Assembly: GCA_964057225.1 (NCBI GenBank)
Contig: OZ059895.1
Span: 930,001 to 994,000 of the forward strand
Origin: Auanema rhodensis
Lineage: Eukaryota > Animalia > Nematoda
Reading direction: 5' to 3'
Length of the DNA: 64,000 nucleotides
Below the pieces are notes generated by a model. The model made no database searches, was not told the DNA's origin, and saw only the letters and a program-made list of their open reading frames with translations. Positions 24,001-37,700 of this stretch are shown here, piece by piece (position 1 is the stretch's first letter; each line of letters starts with the position of its first letter). The position numbers and the translations under genes were made by a program.

Positions 24001-27000
24001 TATCAACTGATATAAGTTCACACTTATATCCTCGATTTTCACCCTGAAGAATTGATTTTTTCGTTGAATAACATTGTCTATCGTTTTTGCCTTGAAAAAT
24101 GGAATCTAAAAACATCTACTTTTTGCTAAATTATTTTGAATATTTTCGAAAAAATTTTTGTCAAAATGTTTTTGGAAGCAATGTTGAGTGTACATGGAAA
24201 CTCAACATACACTAATGCATCATTTTTCAAACAATCATAACTAATTTGTGTATTAAGCGTTTCTCAATGTAGTATAGTGCAATCGATGCGGATTTTTAAG
24301 CTGCGTCGATCTGTGTTATCAGATTTGCGCTAGCTTAAAAATGCACCGAGATATCAACTGATATAAGTTCACACTTATATCCTCGATTTTCACCCTGAAG
24401 AATTAATTTTTTCGTTGAATAACATTGTCCATCGTCTTTGCCTTAAAAAATGGAATCTAAAAACATCTACTTTTTGCTAAATTATTTTGAAATTTTTCGA
24501 AAAAATTTTTGTCAAAATGTTTTTGGAAGCAATGTTGAGTGTACATGGAAACTCAACATACACTAATGCATCATTTTTCAAACAATCATAACTAATTTGT
24601 GTATTAAGCGTTTCTCAATGTAGTAAAGTGCAATCGATGCGGATTTTTAAGCTGCGTCGATCTGTGTTATCAGATTTGCGCTAGCTTAAAAATGCACCGA
24701 GATATCAACTGATATAAGTTCACACTTATATCCTCGATTTTCACCCTGAAGAATTGATTTTTTCGTTGAATAACATTGTCTATCGTTTTTGCCTTGAAAA
24801 ATGGAATCTAAAAACATCTACTTTTTGCTAAATTATTTGAAATTTTTCGAAAAAATTTTTGTCAAAATGTTTTTGGAAGCAATGTTGAGTGTACATGGAA
24901 ACTCAACATACACTAATGCATCATTTTTCAAACGATCATAACTAATTTTTGTATCAAGCGTTTCTCAATGTAGTATAGTGCATTCGATGCGGATTTTTAA
25001 GCTGCGTCGATCTGTGTTATCAGATTTGCGCTAGCTTAAAAATGCACCGAGATATCAACTGATATAAGTTCACACTTATATCCTCGATTTTCACCCTGAA
25101 GAATTAATTTTTTCGTTGAATAACATTGTCCATCGTCTTTGCCTTAAAAAAAGGAATCTAAAAACATCTACTTTTTGCTAAATTATTTTGAAATTTTTCG
25201 AAAAAAATTTTGTCAAAATGTTTTTGGAAGCAATGTTGAGTGTACATGGAAACTCAACATACACTAATGCATCATTTTTCAAACAATCATAACTAATTTT
25301 TGTATCAAGCGTTTCTCAATGTAGTATAGTGCATTCGATGCGGATTTTTAAGCTGCGTCGATCTGTGTTATCAGATTTGCGCTAGCTTAAAAATGCACCG
25401 AGATATCAACTGATATAAGTTCACACTTATATCCTCGATTTTCACCCTGAAGAATTGATTTTTTCGTTGAATAACATTGTCTATCGTTTTTGCCTTGAAA
25501 AATGGAATCTAAAAACATCTACTTTTTGCTAAATTATTTTGAAATTTTTCGAAAAAATTTTTGTCAAAATGTTTTTGGAAGCAATGTTGAGTGTACATGG
25601 AAACTCAACATACACTAATGCATCATTTTTCAAACGATCATAACTAATTTTTGTATCAAGCGTTTCTCAATGTAGTATAGTGCATTCGATGCGGATTTTT
25701 AAGCTGCGTCGATCTGTGTTATCAGATTTGCGCTAGCTTAAAAATGCACCGAGATATCAACTGATATAAGTTCACACTTATATCCTCGATTTTCACCCTG
25801 AAGAATTGATTTTTTCGTTGAATAACATTGTCTATCGTTTTTGCCTTGAAAAATGGAATCTAAAAACATCTACTTTTCGCTAAATTATTTTGAAATTTTT
25901 CGAAAAAATTTTTGTCAAAATGTTTTTGGAAGCAATGTTGAGTGTACATGGAAACTCAACATACACTAATGCATCATTTTTCAAACGATCATAACTAATT
26001 TTTGTATCAAGCGTTTCTCAATGTAGTATAGTGCATTCGATGCGGATTTTTAAGCTGCGTCGATCTGTGTTATCAGATTTGCGCTAGCTTAAAAATGCAC
26101 CGAGATATCAACTGATATAAGTTCACACTTATATCCTCGATTTTCACCCTGAAGAATTAATTTTTTCGTTGAATAACATTGTCTATCGTTTTTGCCTTGA
26201 AAAATGGAATCTAAAAACATCTACTTTTTGCTAAATTATTTTGAAATTTTTCGAAAAAATTTTTGTCAAAATGTTTTTGGAAGCAATGTTGAGTGTACAT
26301 GGAAACTCAACATACACTAATGCATCATTTTTCAAACAATCATAACTAATTTGTGTATTAAGCGTTTCTCAATGTAGTATAGTGCATTCGATGCGGATTT
26401 TTAAGCTGCGTCGATCTGTGTTATCAGATTTGCGCTAGCTTAAAAATGCACCGAGATATCAACTGATATAAGTTCACACTTATATCCTCGATTTTCACCC
26501 TGAAGAATTAATTTTTTCGTTGAATAACATTGTCCATCGTCTTTGCCTTAAAAAAAGGAATCTAAAAACATCTACTTTTTGCTAAATTATTTTGAAATTT
26601 TTCGAAAAAATTTTTGTCAAAATGTTTTTGGAAGCAATGTTGAGTGTACATGGAAACTCAACATACACTAATGCATCATTTTTCAAACAATCATAACTAA
26701 TTTTTGTATCAAGCGTTTCTCAATGTAGTATAGTGCATTCGATGCGGATTTTTAAGCTGCGTCGATCTGTGTTATCAGATTTGCGCTAGCTTAAAAATGC
26801 ACCGAGATATCAACTGATATAAGTTCACACTTATATCCTCGATTTTCACCCTGAAGAATTAATTTTTTCGTTGAATAACATTGTCCATCGTCTTTGCCTT
26901 GAAAAATGGAATCTAAAAACATCTACTTTTTGCTAAATTATTTTGAAATTTTTCGAAAAAATTTTTGTCAAAATGTTTTTGGAAGCAATGTTGAGTGTAC

Positions 27001-28788
27001 ATGGAAACTCAACATACACTAATGCATCATTTTTCAAACAATCATAACTAATTTGTGTATTAAGCGTTTCTCAATGTAGTATAGTGCATTCGATGCGGAT
27101 TTTTAAGCTGCGTCGATCTGTGTTATCAGATTTGCGCTAGCTTAAAAATGCACCGAGATATCAACTGATATAAGTTCACACTTATATCCTCGATTTTCAC
27201 CCTGAAGAATTAATTTTTTCGTTGAATAACATTGTCCATCGTCTTTGCCTTAAAAAAAGGAATCTAAAAACATCTACTTTTTGCTAAATTATTTTGAAAT
27301 TTTTCGAAAAAATTTTTGTCAAAATGTTTTTGGAAGCAATGTTGAGTGTACATGGAAACTCAACATACACTAATGCATCATTTTTCAAACAATCATAACT
27401 AATTTTTGTATCAAGCGTTTCTCAATGTAGTATAGTGCATTCGATGCGGATTTTTAAGCTGCGTCGATCTGTGGTATCAGATTTGCGCTAGCTTAAAAAT
27501 GCACCGAGATATCAACTGATATAAGTTCACACTTATATCCTCGATTTTCACCCTGAAGAATTAATTTTTTCGTTGAATAACATTGTCCATCGTCTTTGCC
27601 TTGAAAAATGGAATCTGAAAACATCTACTTTTTGCTAAATTATTTTGAAATTTTTCGAAAAAATTTTTGTCAAAATGTTTTTGGAAGCAATGTTGAGTGT
27701 ACATGGAAACTCAACATACACTAATGCATCATTTTTCAAACGATCATAACTAATTTTTGTATCAAGCGTTTCTCGATGTAGTATAGTGCATTCGATGCGG
27801 ATTTTTAAGCTGCGTCGATCTGTGTTATCAGATTTGCGCTAGCTTAAAAATGCACCGAGATATCAACTGATATAAGTTCACACTTATATCCTCGATTTTC
27901 ACCCTGAAGAATTGATTTTTTCGTTGAATAACATTGTCTATCGTTTTTGCCTTGAAAAATGGAATCTAAAAACATCTACTTTTTGCTAAATTATTTTGAA
28001 ATTTTTCGAAAAAATTTTTGTCAAAATGTTTTTGGAAGCAATGTTGAGTGTACATGGAAACTCAACATACACTAATGCATCATTTTTCAAACGATCATAA
28101 CTAATTTTTGTATCAAGCGTTTCTCAATGTAGTATAGTGCATTCGATGCGGATTTTTAAGCTGCGTCGATCTGTGTTATCAGATTTGCGCTAGCTTAAAA
28201 ATGCACCGAGATATCAACTGATATAAGTTCACACTTATATCCTCGATTTTCACCCTGAAGAATTAATTTTTTCGTTGAATAACATTGTCCATCGTCTTTG
28301 CCTTGAAAAATGGAATCTAAAAACATCTACTTTTCGCTAAATTATTTTGAATTTTTTCGAAAAAATTTTTGTCAAAATGTTTTTGGAAGCAATGTTGAGT
28401 GTACATGGAAACTCAACATACACTAATGCATCATTTTTCAAACGATCATAACTAATTTTTGTATCAAGCGTTTCTCAATGTAGTATAGTGCATTCGATGC
28501 GGATTTTTAAGCTGCGTCGATCTGTGTTATCAGATTTGCGCTAGCTTAAAAATGCACCGAGATATCAACTGATATAAGTTCACACTTATATCCTCGATTT
28601 TCACCCTGAAGAATTAATTTTTTCGTTGAATAACATTGTCCATCGTCTTTGCCTTGAAAAATGGAATCTAAAAACATCTACTTTTTGCTAAATTATTTTG
28701 AAATTTTTGGAAAAAATTTTTGTCAAAATGTTTTTGGAAGCAATGTTGAGTGTACATGGAAACTCAACATACACTAATGCATCATTTT

Positions 28789-31700
28789 TCAAACGATCAT
28801 AACTAATTTTTGTATCAAACGTTTCTCAATGTAGTATAGTGCATTCGATGCGGATTTTTAAGCTGCGTCGATCTGTGTTATCACATTTGCGCTAGCTTAA
28901 AAATGCACCGAGATATCAACTGATATAAGTTCACACTTATATCCTCGATTTTCACCCTGAAGAATTGATTTTTTCGTTGAATAACATTGTCTATCGTCTT
29001 TGCCTTGAAAAATGGAATCTAAAAACATCTACTTTTTGCTAAATTATTTTGAAATTTTTCGAAGAAATTTTTGTCAAAATGTTTTTGGAAGCAATGTTGA
29101 GTGTACATGGAAACTCAACATACACTAATGCATCATTTTTCAAACGATCATAACTAATTTTTGTATCAAGCGTTTCTCGATGTAGTATAGTGCATTCGAT
29201 GCGGATTTTTAAGCTGCGTCGATCTGTGTTATCAGATTTGCGCTAGCTTAAAAATGCACCGAGATATCAACTGATATAAGTTCACACTTATATCCTCGAT
29301 TTTCACCCTGAAGAATTGATTTTTTCGTTGAATAACATTGTCTATCGTTTTTGCCTTGAAAAATGGAATCTAAAAACATCTACTTTTTGCTAAATTATTT
29401 TGAAATTTTTCGAAAAAATTTTTGTCAAAATGTTTTTGGAAGCAATGTTGAGTGTACATGGAAACTCAACATACACTAATGCATCATTTTTCAAACGATC
29501 ATAACTAATTTTTGTATCAAGCGTTTCTCAATGTAGTATAGTGCATTCGATGCGGATTTTTAAGCTGCGTCGATCTGTGTTATCAGATTTGCGCTAGCTT
29601 AAAAATGCACCGAGATATCAACTGATATAAGTTCACACTTATATCCTCGATTTTCACCCTGAAGAATTAATTTTTTCGTTGAATAACATTGTCCATCGTC
29701 TTTGCCTTGAAAAATGGAATCTAAAAACATCTACTTTTCGCTAAATTATTTTGAAATTTTTCGAAAAAATTTTTGTCAAAATGTTTTTGGAAGCAATGTT
29801 GAGTGTACATGGAAACTCAACATACACTAATGCATCATTTTTCAAACGATCATAACTAATTTTTGTATCAAGCGTTTCTCAATGTAGTATAGTGCATTCG
29901 ATGCGGATTTTTAAGCTGCGTCGATCTGTGTTATCAGATTTGCGCTAGCTTAAAAATGCACCGAGATATCAACTGATATAAGTTCACACTTATATCCTCG
30001 ATTTTCACCCTGAAGAATTAATTTTTTCGTTGAATAACATTGTCCATCGTCTTTGCCTTGAAAAATGGAATCTAAAAACATCTACTTTTTGCTAAATTAT
30101 TTTGAAATTTTTGGAAAAAATTTTTGTCAAAATGTTTTTGGAAGCAATGTTGAGTGTACATGGAAACTCAACATACACTAATGCATCATTTTTCAAACGA
30201 TCATAACTAATTTTTGTATCAAACGTTTCTCAATGTAGTATAGTGCATTCGATGCGGATTTTTAAGCTGCGTCGATCTGTGTTATCACATTTGCGCTAGC
30301 TTAAAAATGCACCGAGATATCAACTGATATAAGTTCACACTTATATCCTCGATTTTCACCCTGAAGAATTGATTTTTTCGTTGAATAACATTGTCTATCG
30401 TCTTTGCCTTGAAAAATGGAATCTAAAAACATCTACTTTTTGCTAAATTATTTTGAAATTTTTCGAAGAAATTTTTGTCAAAATGTTTTTGGAAGCAATG
30501 TTGAGTGTACATGGAAACTCAACATACACTAATGCATCATTTTTCAAACGATCATAACTAATTTTTGTATCAAGCGTTTCTCAATGTAGTATAGTGCATT
30601 CGATGCGGATTTTTAAGCTGCGTCGATCTGTGTTATCAGATTTGCGCTAGCTTAAAAATGCACCGAGATATCAACTGATATAAGTTCACACTTATATCCT
30701 CGATTTTCACCCTGAAGAATTAATTTTTTCGTTGAATAACATTGTCCATCGTCTTTGCCTTGAAAAATGGAATCTAAAAACATCTACTTTTTGCTAAATT
30801 ATTTTGAAATTTTTCGAAAAAATTTTTGTCAAAATGTTTTTGGAAGCAATGTTGAGTGTACATGGAAACTCAACATACACTAATGCATCATTTTTCAAAC
30901 GATCATAACTAATTTTTGTATCAAGCGTTTCTCAATGTAGTATAGTGCATTCGATGCGGATTTTTAAGCTGCGTCGATCTGTGTTATCAGATTTGCGCTA
31001 GCTTAAAAATGCACCGAGATATCAACTGATATAAGTTCACACTTATATCCTCGATTTTCACCCTGAAGAATTAATTTTTTCGTTGAATAACATTGTCCAT
31101 CGTCTTTGCCTTGAAAAATGGAATCTAAAAACATCTACTTTTCGCTAAATTATTTTTAAATTTTTCGAAAAAATTTTTGTCAAAATGTTTTTGGAAGCAA
31201 TGTTGAGTGTACATGGAAACTCAACATACACTAATGCATCATTTTTCAAACGATCATAACTAATTTTTGTATCAAGCGTTTCTCAATGTAGTATAGTGCA
31301 TTCGATGCGGATTTTTAAGCTGCGTCGATCTGTGTTATCAGATTTGCGCTAGCTTAAAAATGCACCGAGATATCAACTGATATAAGTTCACACTTATATC
31401 CTCGATTTTCACCCTGAAGAATTAATTTTTTCGTTGAATAACATTGTCCATCGTCTTTGCCTTGAAAAATGGAATCTAAAAACATCTACTTTTTGCTAAA
31501 TTATTTTGAAATTTTTGGAAAAAATTTTTGTCAAAATGTTTTTGGAAGCAATGTTGAGTGTACATGGAAACTCAACATACACTAATGCATCATTTTTCAA
31601 ACGATCATAACTAATTTTTGTATCAAACGTTTCTCAATGTAGTATAGTGCATTCGATGCGGATTTTTAAGCTGCGTCGATCTGTGTTATCACATTTGCGC

Positions 31701-34700
31701 TAGCTTAAAAATGCACCGAGATATCAACTGATATAAGTTCACACTTATATCCTCGATTTTCACCCTGAAGAATTAATTTTTTCGTTGAATAACATTGTCC
31801 ATCGTCTTTGCCTTGAAAAATGGAATCTAAAAACATCTACTTTTCGCTAAATTATTTTTAAATTTTTCGAAAAAATTTTTGTCAAAATGTTTTTGGAAGC
31901 AATGTTGAGTGTACATGGAAACTCAACATACACTAATGCATCATTTTTCAAACGATCATAACTAATTTTTGTATCAAGCGTTTCTCAATGTAGTATAGTG
32001 CATTCGATGCGGATTTTTAAGCTGCGTCGATCTGTGTTATCAGATTTGCGCTAGCTTAAAAATGCACCGAGATATCAACTGATATAAGTTCACACTTATA
32101 TCCTCGATTTTCACCCTGAAGAATTAATTTTTTCGTTGAATAACATTGTCCATCGTCTTTGCCTTGAAAAATGGAATCTAAAAACATCTACTTTTTGCTA
32201 AATTATTTTGAAATTTTTCGAAGAAATTTTTGTCAAAATGTTTTTGGAAGCAATGTTGAGTGTACATGGAAACTCAACATACACTAATGCATCATTTTTC
32301 AAACGATCATAACTAATTTTTGTATCAAGCGTTTCTCAATGTAGTATAGTGCATTCGATGCGGATTTTTAAGCTGCGTCGATCTGTGTTATCAGATTTGC
32401 GCTAGCTTAAAAATGCACCGAGATATCAACTGATATAAGTTCACACTTATATCCTCGATTTTCACCCTGAAGAATTAATTTTTTCGTTGAATAACATTGT
32501 CCATCGTCTTTGCCTTGAAAAATGGAATCTAAAAACATCTACTTTTTGCTAAATTATTTTGAAATTTTTCGAAAAAATTTTTGTCAAAATGTTTTTGGAA
32601 GCAATGTTGAGTGTACATGGAAACTCAACATACACTAATGCATCATTTTTCAAACGATCATAACTAATTTTTGTATCAAGCGTTTCTCAATGTAGTATAG
32701 TGCATTCGATGCGGATTTTTAAGCTGCGTCGATCTGTGTTATCAGATTTGCGCTAGCTTAAAAATGCACCGAGATATCAACTGATATAAGTTCACACTTA
32801 TATCCTCGATTTTCACCCTGAAGAATTAATTTTTTCGTTGAATAACATTGTCCATCGTCTTTGCCTTGAAAAATGGAATCTAAAAACATCTACTTTTTGC
32901 TAAATTATTTTGAAATTTTTGGAAAAAATTTTTGTCAAAATGTTTTTGGAAGCAATGTTGAGTGTACATGGAAACTCAACATACACTAATGCATCATTTT
33001 TCAAACGATCATAACTAATTTTTGTATCAAACGTTTCTCAATGTAGTATAGTGCATTCGATGCGGATTTTTAAGCTGCGTCGATCTGTGTTATCACATTT
33101 GCGCTAGCTTAAAAATGCACCGAGATATCAACTGATATAAGTTCACACTTATATCCTCGATTTTCACCCTGAAGAATTGATTTTTTCGTTGAATAACATT
33201 GTCTATCGTCTTTGCCTTGAAAAATGGAATCTAAAAACATCTACTTTTTGCTAAATTATTTTGAAATTTTTCGAAGAAATTTTTGTCAAAATGTTTTTGG
33301 AAGCAATGTTGAGTGTACATGGAAACTCAACATACACTAATGCATCATTTTTCAAACGATCATAACTAATTTTTGTATCGAGCGTTTCTCAATGTAGTAT
33401 AGTGCATTCGATGCGGATTTTTAAGCTGCGTCGATCTGTGTTATCAGATTTGCGCTAGCTTAAAAATGCACCGAGATATCAACTGATATAAGTTCACACT
33501 TATATCCTCGATTTTCACCCTGAAGAATTAATTTTTTCGTTGAATAACATTGTCCATCGTCTTTGCCTTGAAAAATGGAATCTAAAAACATCTACTTTTT
33601 GCTAAATTATTTTGAAATTTTTCGAAAAAATTTTTGTCAAAATGTTTTTGGAAGCAATGTTGAGTGTACATGGAAACTCAACATACACTAATGCATCATT
33701 TTTCAAACGATCATAACTAATTTTTGTATCAAGCGTTTCTCAATGTAGTATAGTGCATTCGATGCGGATTTTTAAGCTGCGTCGATCTGTGTTATCAGAT
33801 TTGCGCTAGCTTAAAAATGCACCGAGATATCAACTGATATAAGTTCACACTTATATCCTCGATTTTCACCCTGAAGAATTAATTTTTTCGTTGAATAACA
33901 TTGTCCATCGTCTTTGCCTTGAAAAATGGAATCTAAAAACATCTACTTTTTGCTAAATTATTTTGAAATTTTTCGAAAAAATTTTTGTCAAAATGTTTTT
34001 GGAAGCAATGTTGAGTGTACATGGAAACTCAACATACACTAATGCATCATTTTTCAAACGATCATAACTAATTTTTGTATCAAGCGTTTCTCAATGTAGT
34101 ATAGTGCATTCGATGCGGATTTTTAAGCTGCGTCGATCTGTGTTATCAGATTTGCGCTAGCTTAAAAATGCACCGAGATATCAACTGATATAAGTTCACA
34201 CTTATATCCTCGATTTTCACCCTGAAGAATTAATTTTTTCGTTGAATAACATTGTCCATCGTCTTTGCCTTGAAAAATGGAATCTAAAAACATCTACTTT
34301 TCGCTAAATTATTTTTAAATTTTTCGAAAAAATTTTTGTCAAAATGTTTTTGGAAGCAATGTTGAGTGTACATGGAAACTCAACATACACTAATGCATCA
34401 TTTTTCAAACGATCATAACTAATTTTTGTATCAAACGTTTCTCAATGTAGTATAGTGCATTCGATGCGGATTTTTAAGCTGCGTCGATCTGTGTTATCAC
34501 ATTTGCGCTAGCTTAAAAATGCACCGAGATATCAACTGATATAAGTTCACACTTATATCCTCGATTTTCACCCTGAAGAATTGATTTTTTCGTTGAATAA
34601 CATTGTCTATCGTCTTTGCCTTGAAAAATGGAATCTAAAAACATCTACTTTTTGCTAAATTATTTTGAAATTTTTCGAAGAAATTTTTGTCAAAATGTTT

Positions 34701-34755
34701 TTGGAAGCAATGTTGAGTGTACATGGAAACTCAACATACACTAATGCATCATTTT
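28789..34755. repeat. Local HOR: 4-monomer (1404-bp) periodic domain
   Basis: The linked markers TCAAACG (p31A) + ATCACATT (p96C) recur at 28884, 30288, 31692, 33096 and 34500. Confidence 0.85.
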
Positions 34756-37700
34756 TCAAACGATCATAACTAATTTTTGTATCGAGCGTTTCTCAATGTA
34801 GTATAGTGCATTCGATGCGGATTTTTAAGCTGCGTCGATCTGTGTTATCAGATTTGCGCTAGCTTAAAAATGCACCGAGATATCAACTGATATAAGTTCA
34901 CACTTATATCCTCGATTTTCACCCTGAAGAATTAATTTTTTCGTTGAATAACATTGTCCATCGTCTTTGCCTTGAAAAATGGAATCTAAAAACATCTACT
35001 TTTTGCTAAATTATTTTGAAATTTTTCGAAAAAATTTTTGTCAAAATGTTTTTGGAAGCAATGTTGAGTGTACATGGAAACTCAACATACACTAATGCAT
35101 CATTTTTCAAACGATCATAACTAATTTTTGTATCAAGCGTTTCTCAATGTAGTATAGTGCATTCGATGCGGATTTTTAAGCTGCGTCGATCTGTGTTATC
35201 AGATTTGCGCTAGCTTAAAAATGCACCGAGATATCAACTGATATAAGTTCACACTTATATCCTCGATTTTCACCCTGAAGAATTAATTTTTTCGTTGAAT
35301 AACATTGTCCATCGTCTTTGCCTTGAAAAATGGAATCTAAAAACATCTACTTTTTGCTAAATTATTTTGAAATTTTTCGAAAAAATTTTTGTCAAAATGT
35401 TTTTGGAAGCAATGTTGAGTGTACATGGAAACTCAACATACACTAATGCATCATTTTTCAAACAATCATAACTAATTTGTGTATTAAGCGTTTCTCAATG
35501 TAGTATAGTGCATTCGATGCGGATTTTTAAGCTGCGTCGATCTGTGTTATCAGATTTGCGCTAGCTTAAAAATGCACCGAGATATCAACTGATATAAGTT
35601 CACACATATATCCTCGATTTTCACCCTGAAGAATTAATTTTTTCGTTGAATAACATTGTCCATCGTCTTTGCCTTGAAAAATGGAATCTAAAAACATCTA
35701 CTTTTTGCTAAATTATTTTGAAATTTTTCGAAAAAATTTTTGTCAAAATGTTTTTGGAAGCAATGTTGAGTGTACATGGAAACTCAACATACACTAATGC
35801 ATCATTTTTCAAACAATCATAACTAATTTTTGTATCAAGCGTTTCTCAATGTAGTATAGTGCATTCGATGCGGATTTTTAAGCTGCGTCGATCTGTGTTA
35901 TCAGATTTGCGCTAGCTTAAAAATGCACCGAGATATCAACTGATATAAGTTCACACTTATATCCTCGATTTTCACCCTGAAGAATTAATTTTTTCGTTGA
36001 ATAACATTGTCCATCGTCTTTGCCTTGAAAAATGGAATCTAAAAACATCTACTTTTTGCTAAATTATTTTGAAATTTTTCGAAAAAATTTTTGTCAAAAT
36101 GTTTTTGGAAGCAATGTTGAGTGTACATGGAAGCTCAACATACACTAATGCATCATTTTTCAAACGATCATAACTAATTTTTGTATCAAGCGTTTCTCGA
36201 TGTAGTATAGTGCATTCGATGCGGATTTTTAAGCTGCGTCGATCTGTGTTATCAGATTTGCGCTAGCTTAAAAATGCACCGAGATATCAACTGATATAAG
36301 TTCACACTTATATCCTCGATTTTCACCCTGAAGAATTAATTTTTTCGTTGAATAACATTGTCTATCGTCTTTGCTTTGAGAAATGGAATCTAAAAACATC
36401 TACTTTTTGCTAAATTATTTTGAAATTTTTCGAAAAAATTTTTGTCAAAATGTTTTTGGAAGCAATGTTGAGTGTACATGGAAACTCAACATACACTAAT
36501 GCATCATTTTTCAAACGATCATAACTAATTTTTGTATCAAGCGTTTCTCGATGTAGTATAGTGCATTCGCTGCGGATTTTTAAGCTGCGTCGATCTGTGT
36601 TATCAGATTTGCGCTAGCTTAAAAATGCACCGAGATATCAACTGATATAAGTTCACACTTATATCCTCGATTTTCACCCTGAAGAATTAATTTTTTCGTT
36701 GAATAACATTGTCCATCGTCTTTGCCTTGAAAAATGGAATCTAAAAACATCTACTTTTTGCTAAATTATTTTGAAATTTTTGGAAAAAATTTTTGTCAAA
36801 ATGTTTTTGGAAGCAATGTTGAGTGTACATGGAAACTCAACATACACTAATGCATCATTTTTCAAACAATCATAACTAATTTGTGTATTAAGCGTTTCTC
36901 AATGTAGTATAGTGCATTCGATGCGGATTTTTAAGCTGCGTCGATCTGTGTTATCAGATTTGCGCTAGCTTAAAAATGCACCGAGATATCAACTGATATA
37001 AGTTCACACTTATATCCTCGATTTTCACCCTGAAGAATTAATTTTTTCGTTGAATAACATTGTCCATCGTCTTTGCCTTGAAAAATGGAATCTAAAAACA
37101 TCTACTTTTTGCTAAATTATTTTGAAATTTTTGGAAAAAATTTTTGTCAAAATGTTTTTGGAAGCAATGTTGAGTGTACATGGAAACTCAACATACACTA
37201 ATGCATCATTTTTCAAACAATCATAACTAATTTGTGTATTAAGCGTTTCTCAATGTAGTATAGTGCATTCGATGCGGATTTTTAAGCTGCGTCGATCTGT
37301 GTTATCAGATTTGCGCTAGCTTAAAAATGCACCGAGATATCAACTGATATAAGTTCACACTTATATCCTCGATTTTCACCCTGAAGAATTGATTTTTTCG
37401 TTGAATAACATTGTCTATCGTCTTTGCCTTGAAAAATGGAATCTAAAAACATCTACTTTTTGCTAAATTATTTTGAAATTTTTCGAAAAAATTTTTGTCA
37501 AAATGTTTTTGGAAGCAATGTTGAGTGTACATGGAAACTCAACATACACTAATGCATCATTTTTCAAACAATCATAACTAATTTGTGTATTAAGCGTTTC
37601 TCAATGTAGTATAGTGCATTCGATGCGGATTTTTAAGCTGCGTCGATCTGTGTTATCAGATTTGCGCTAGCTTAAAAATGCACCGAGATATCAACTGATA

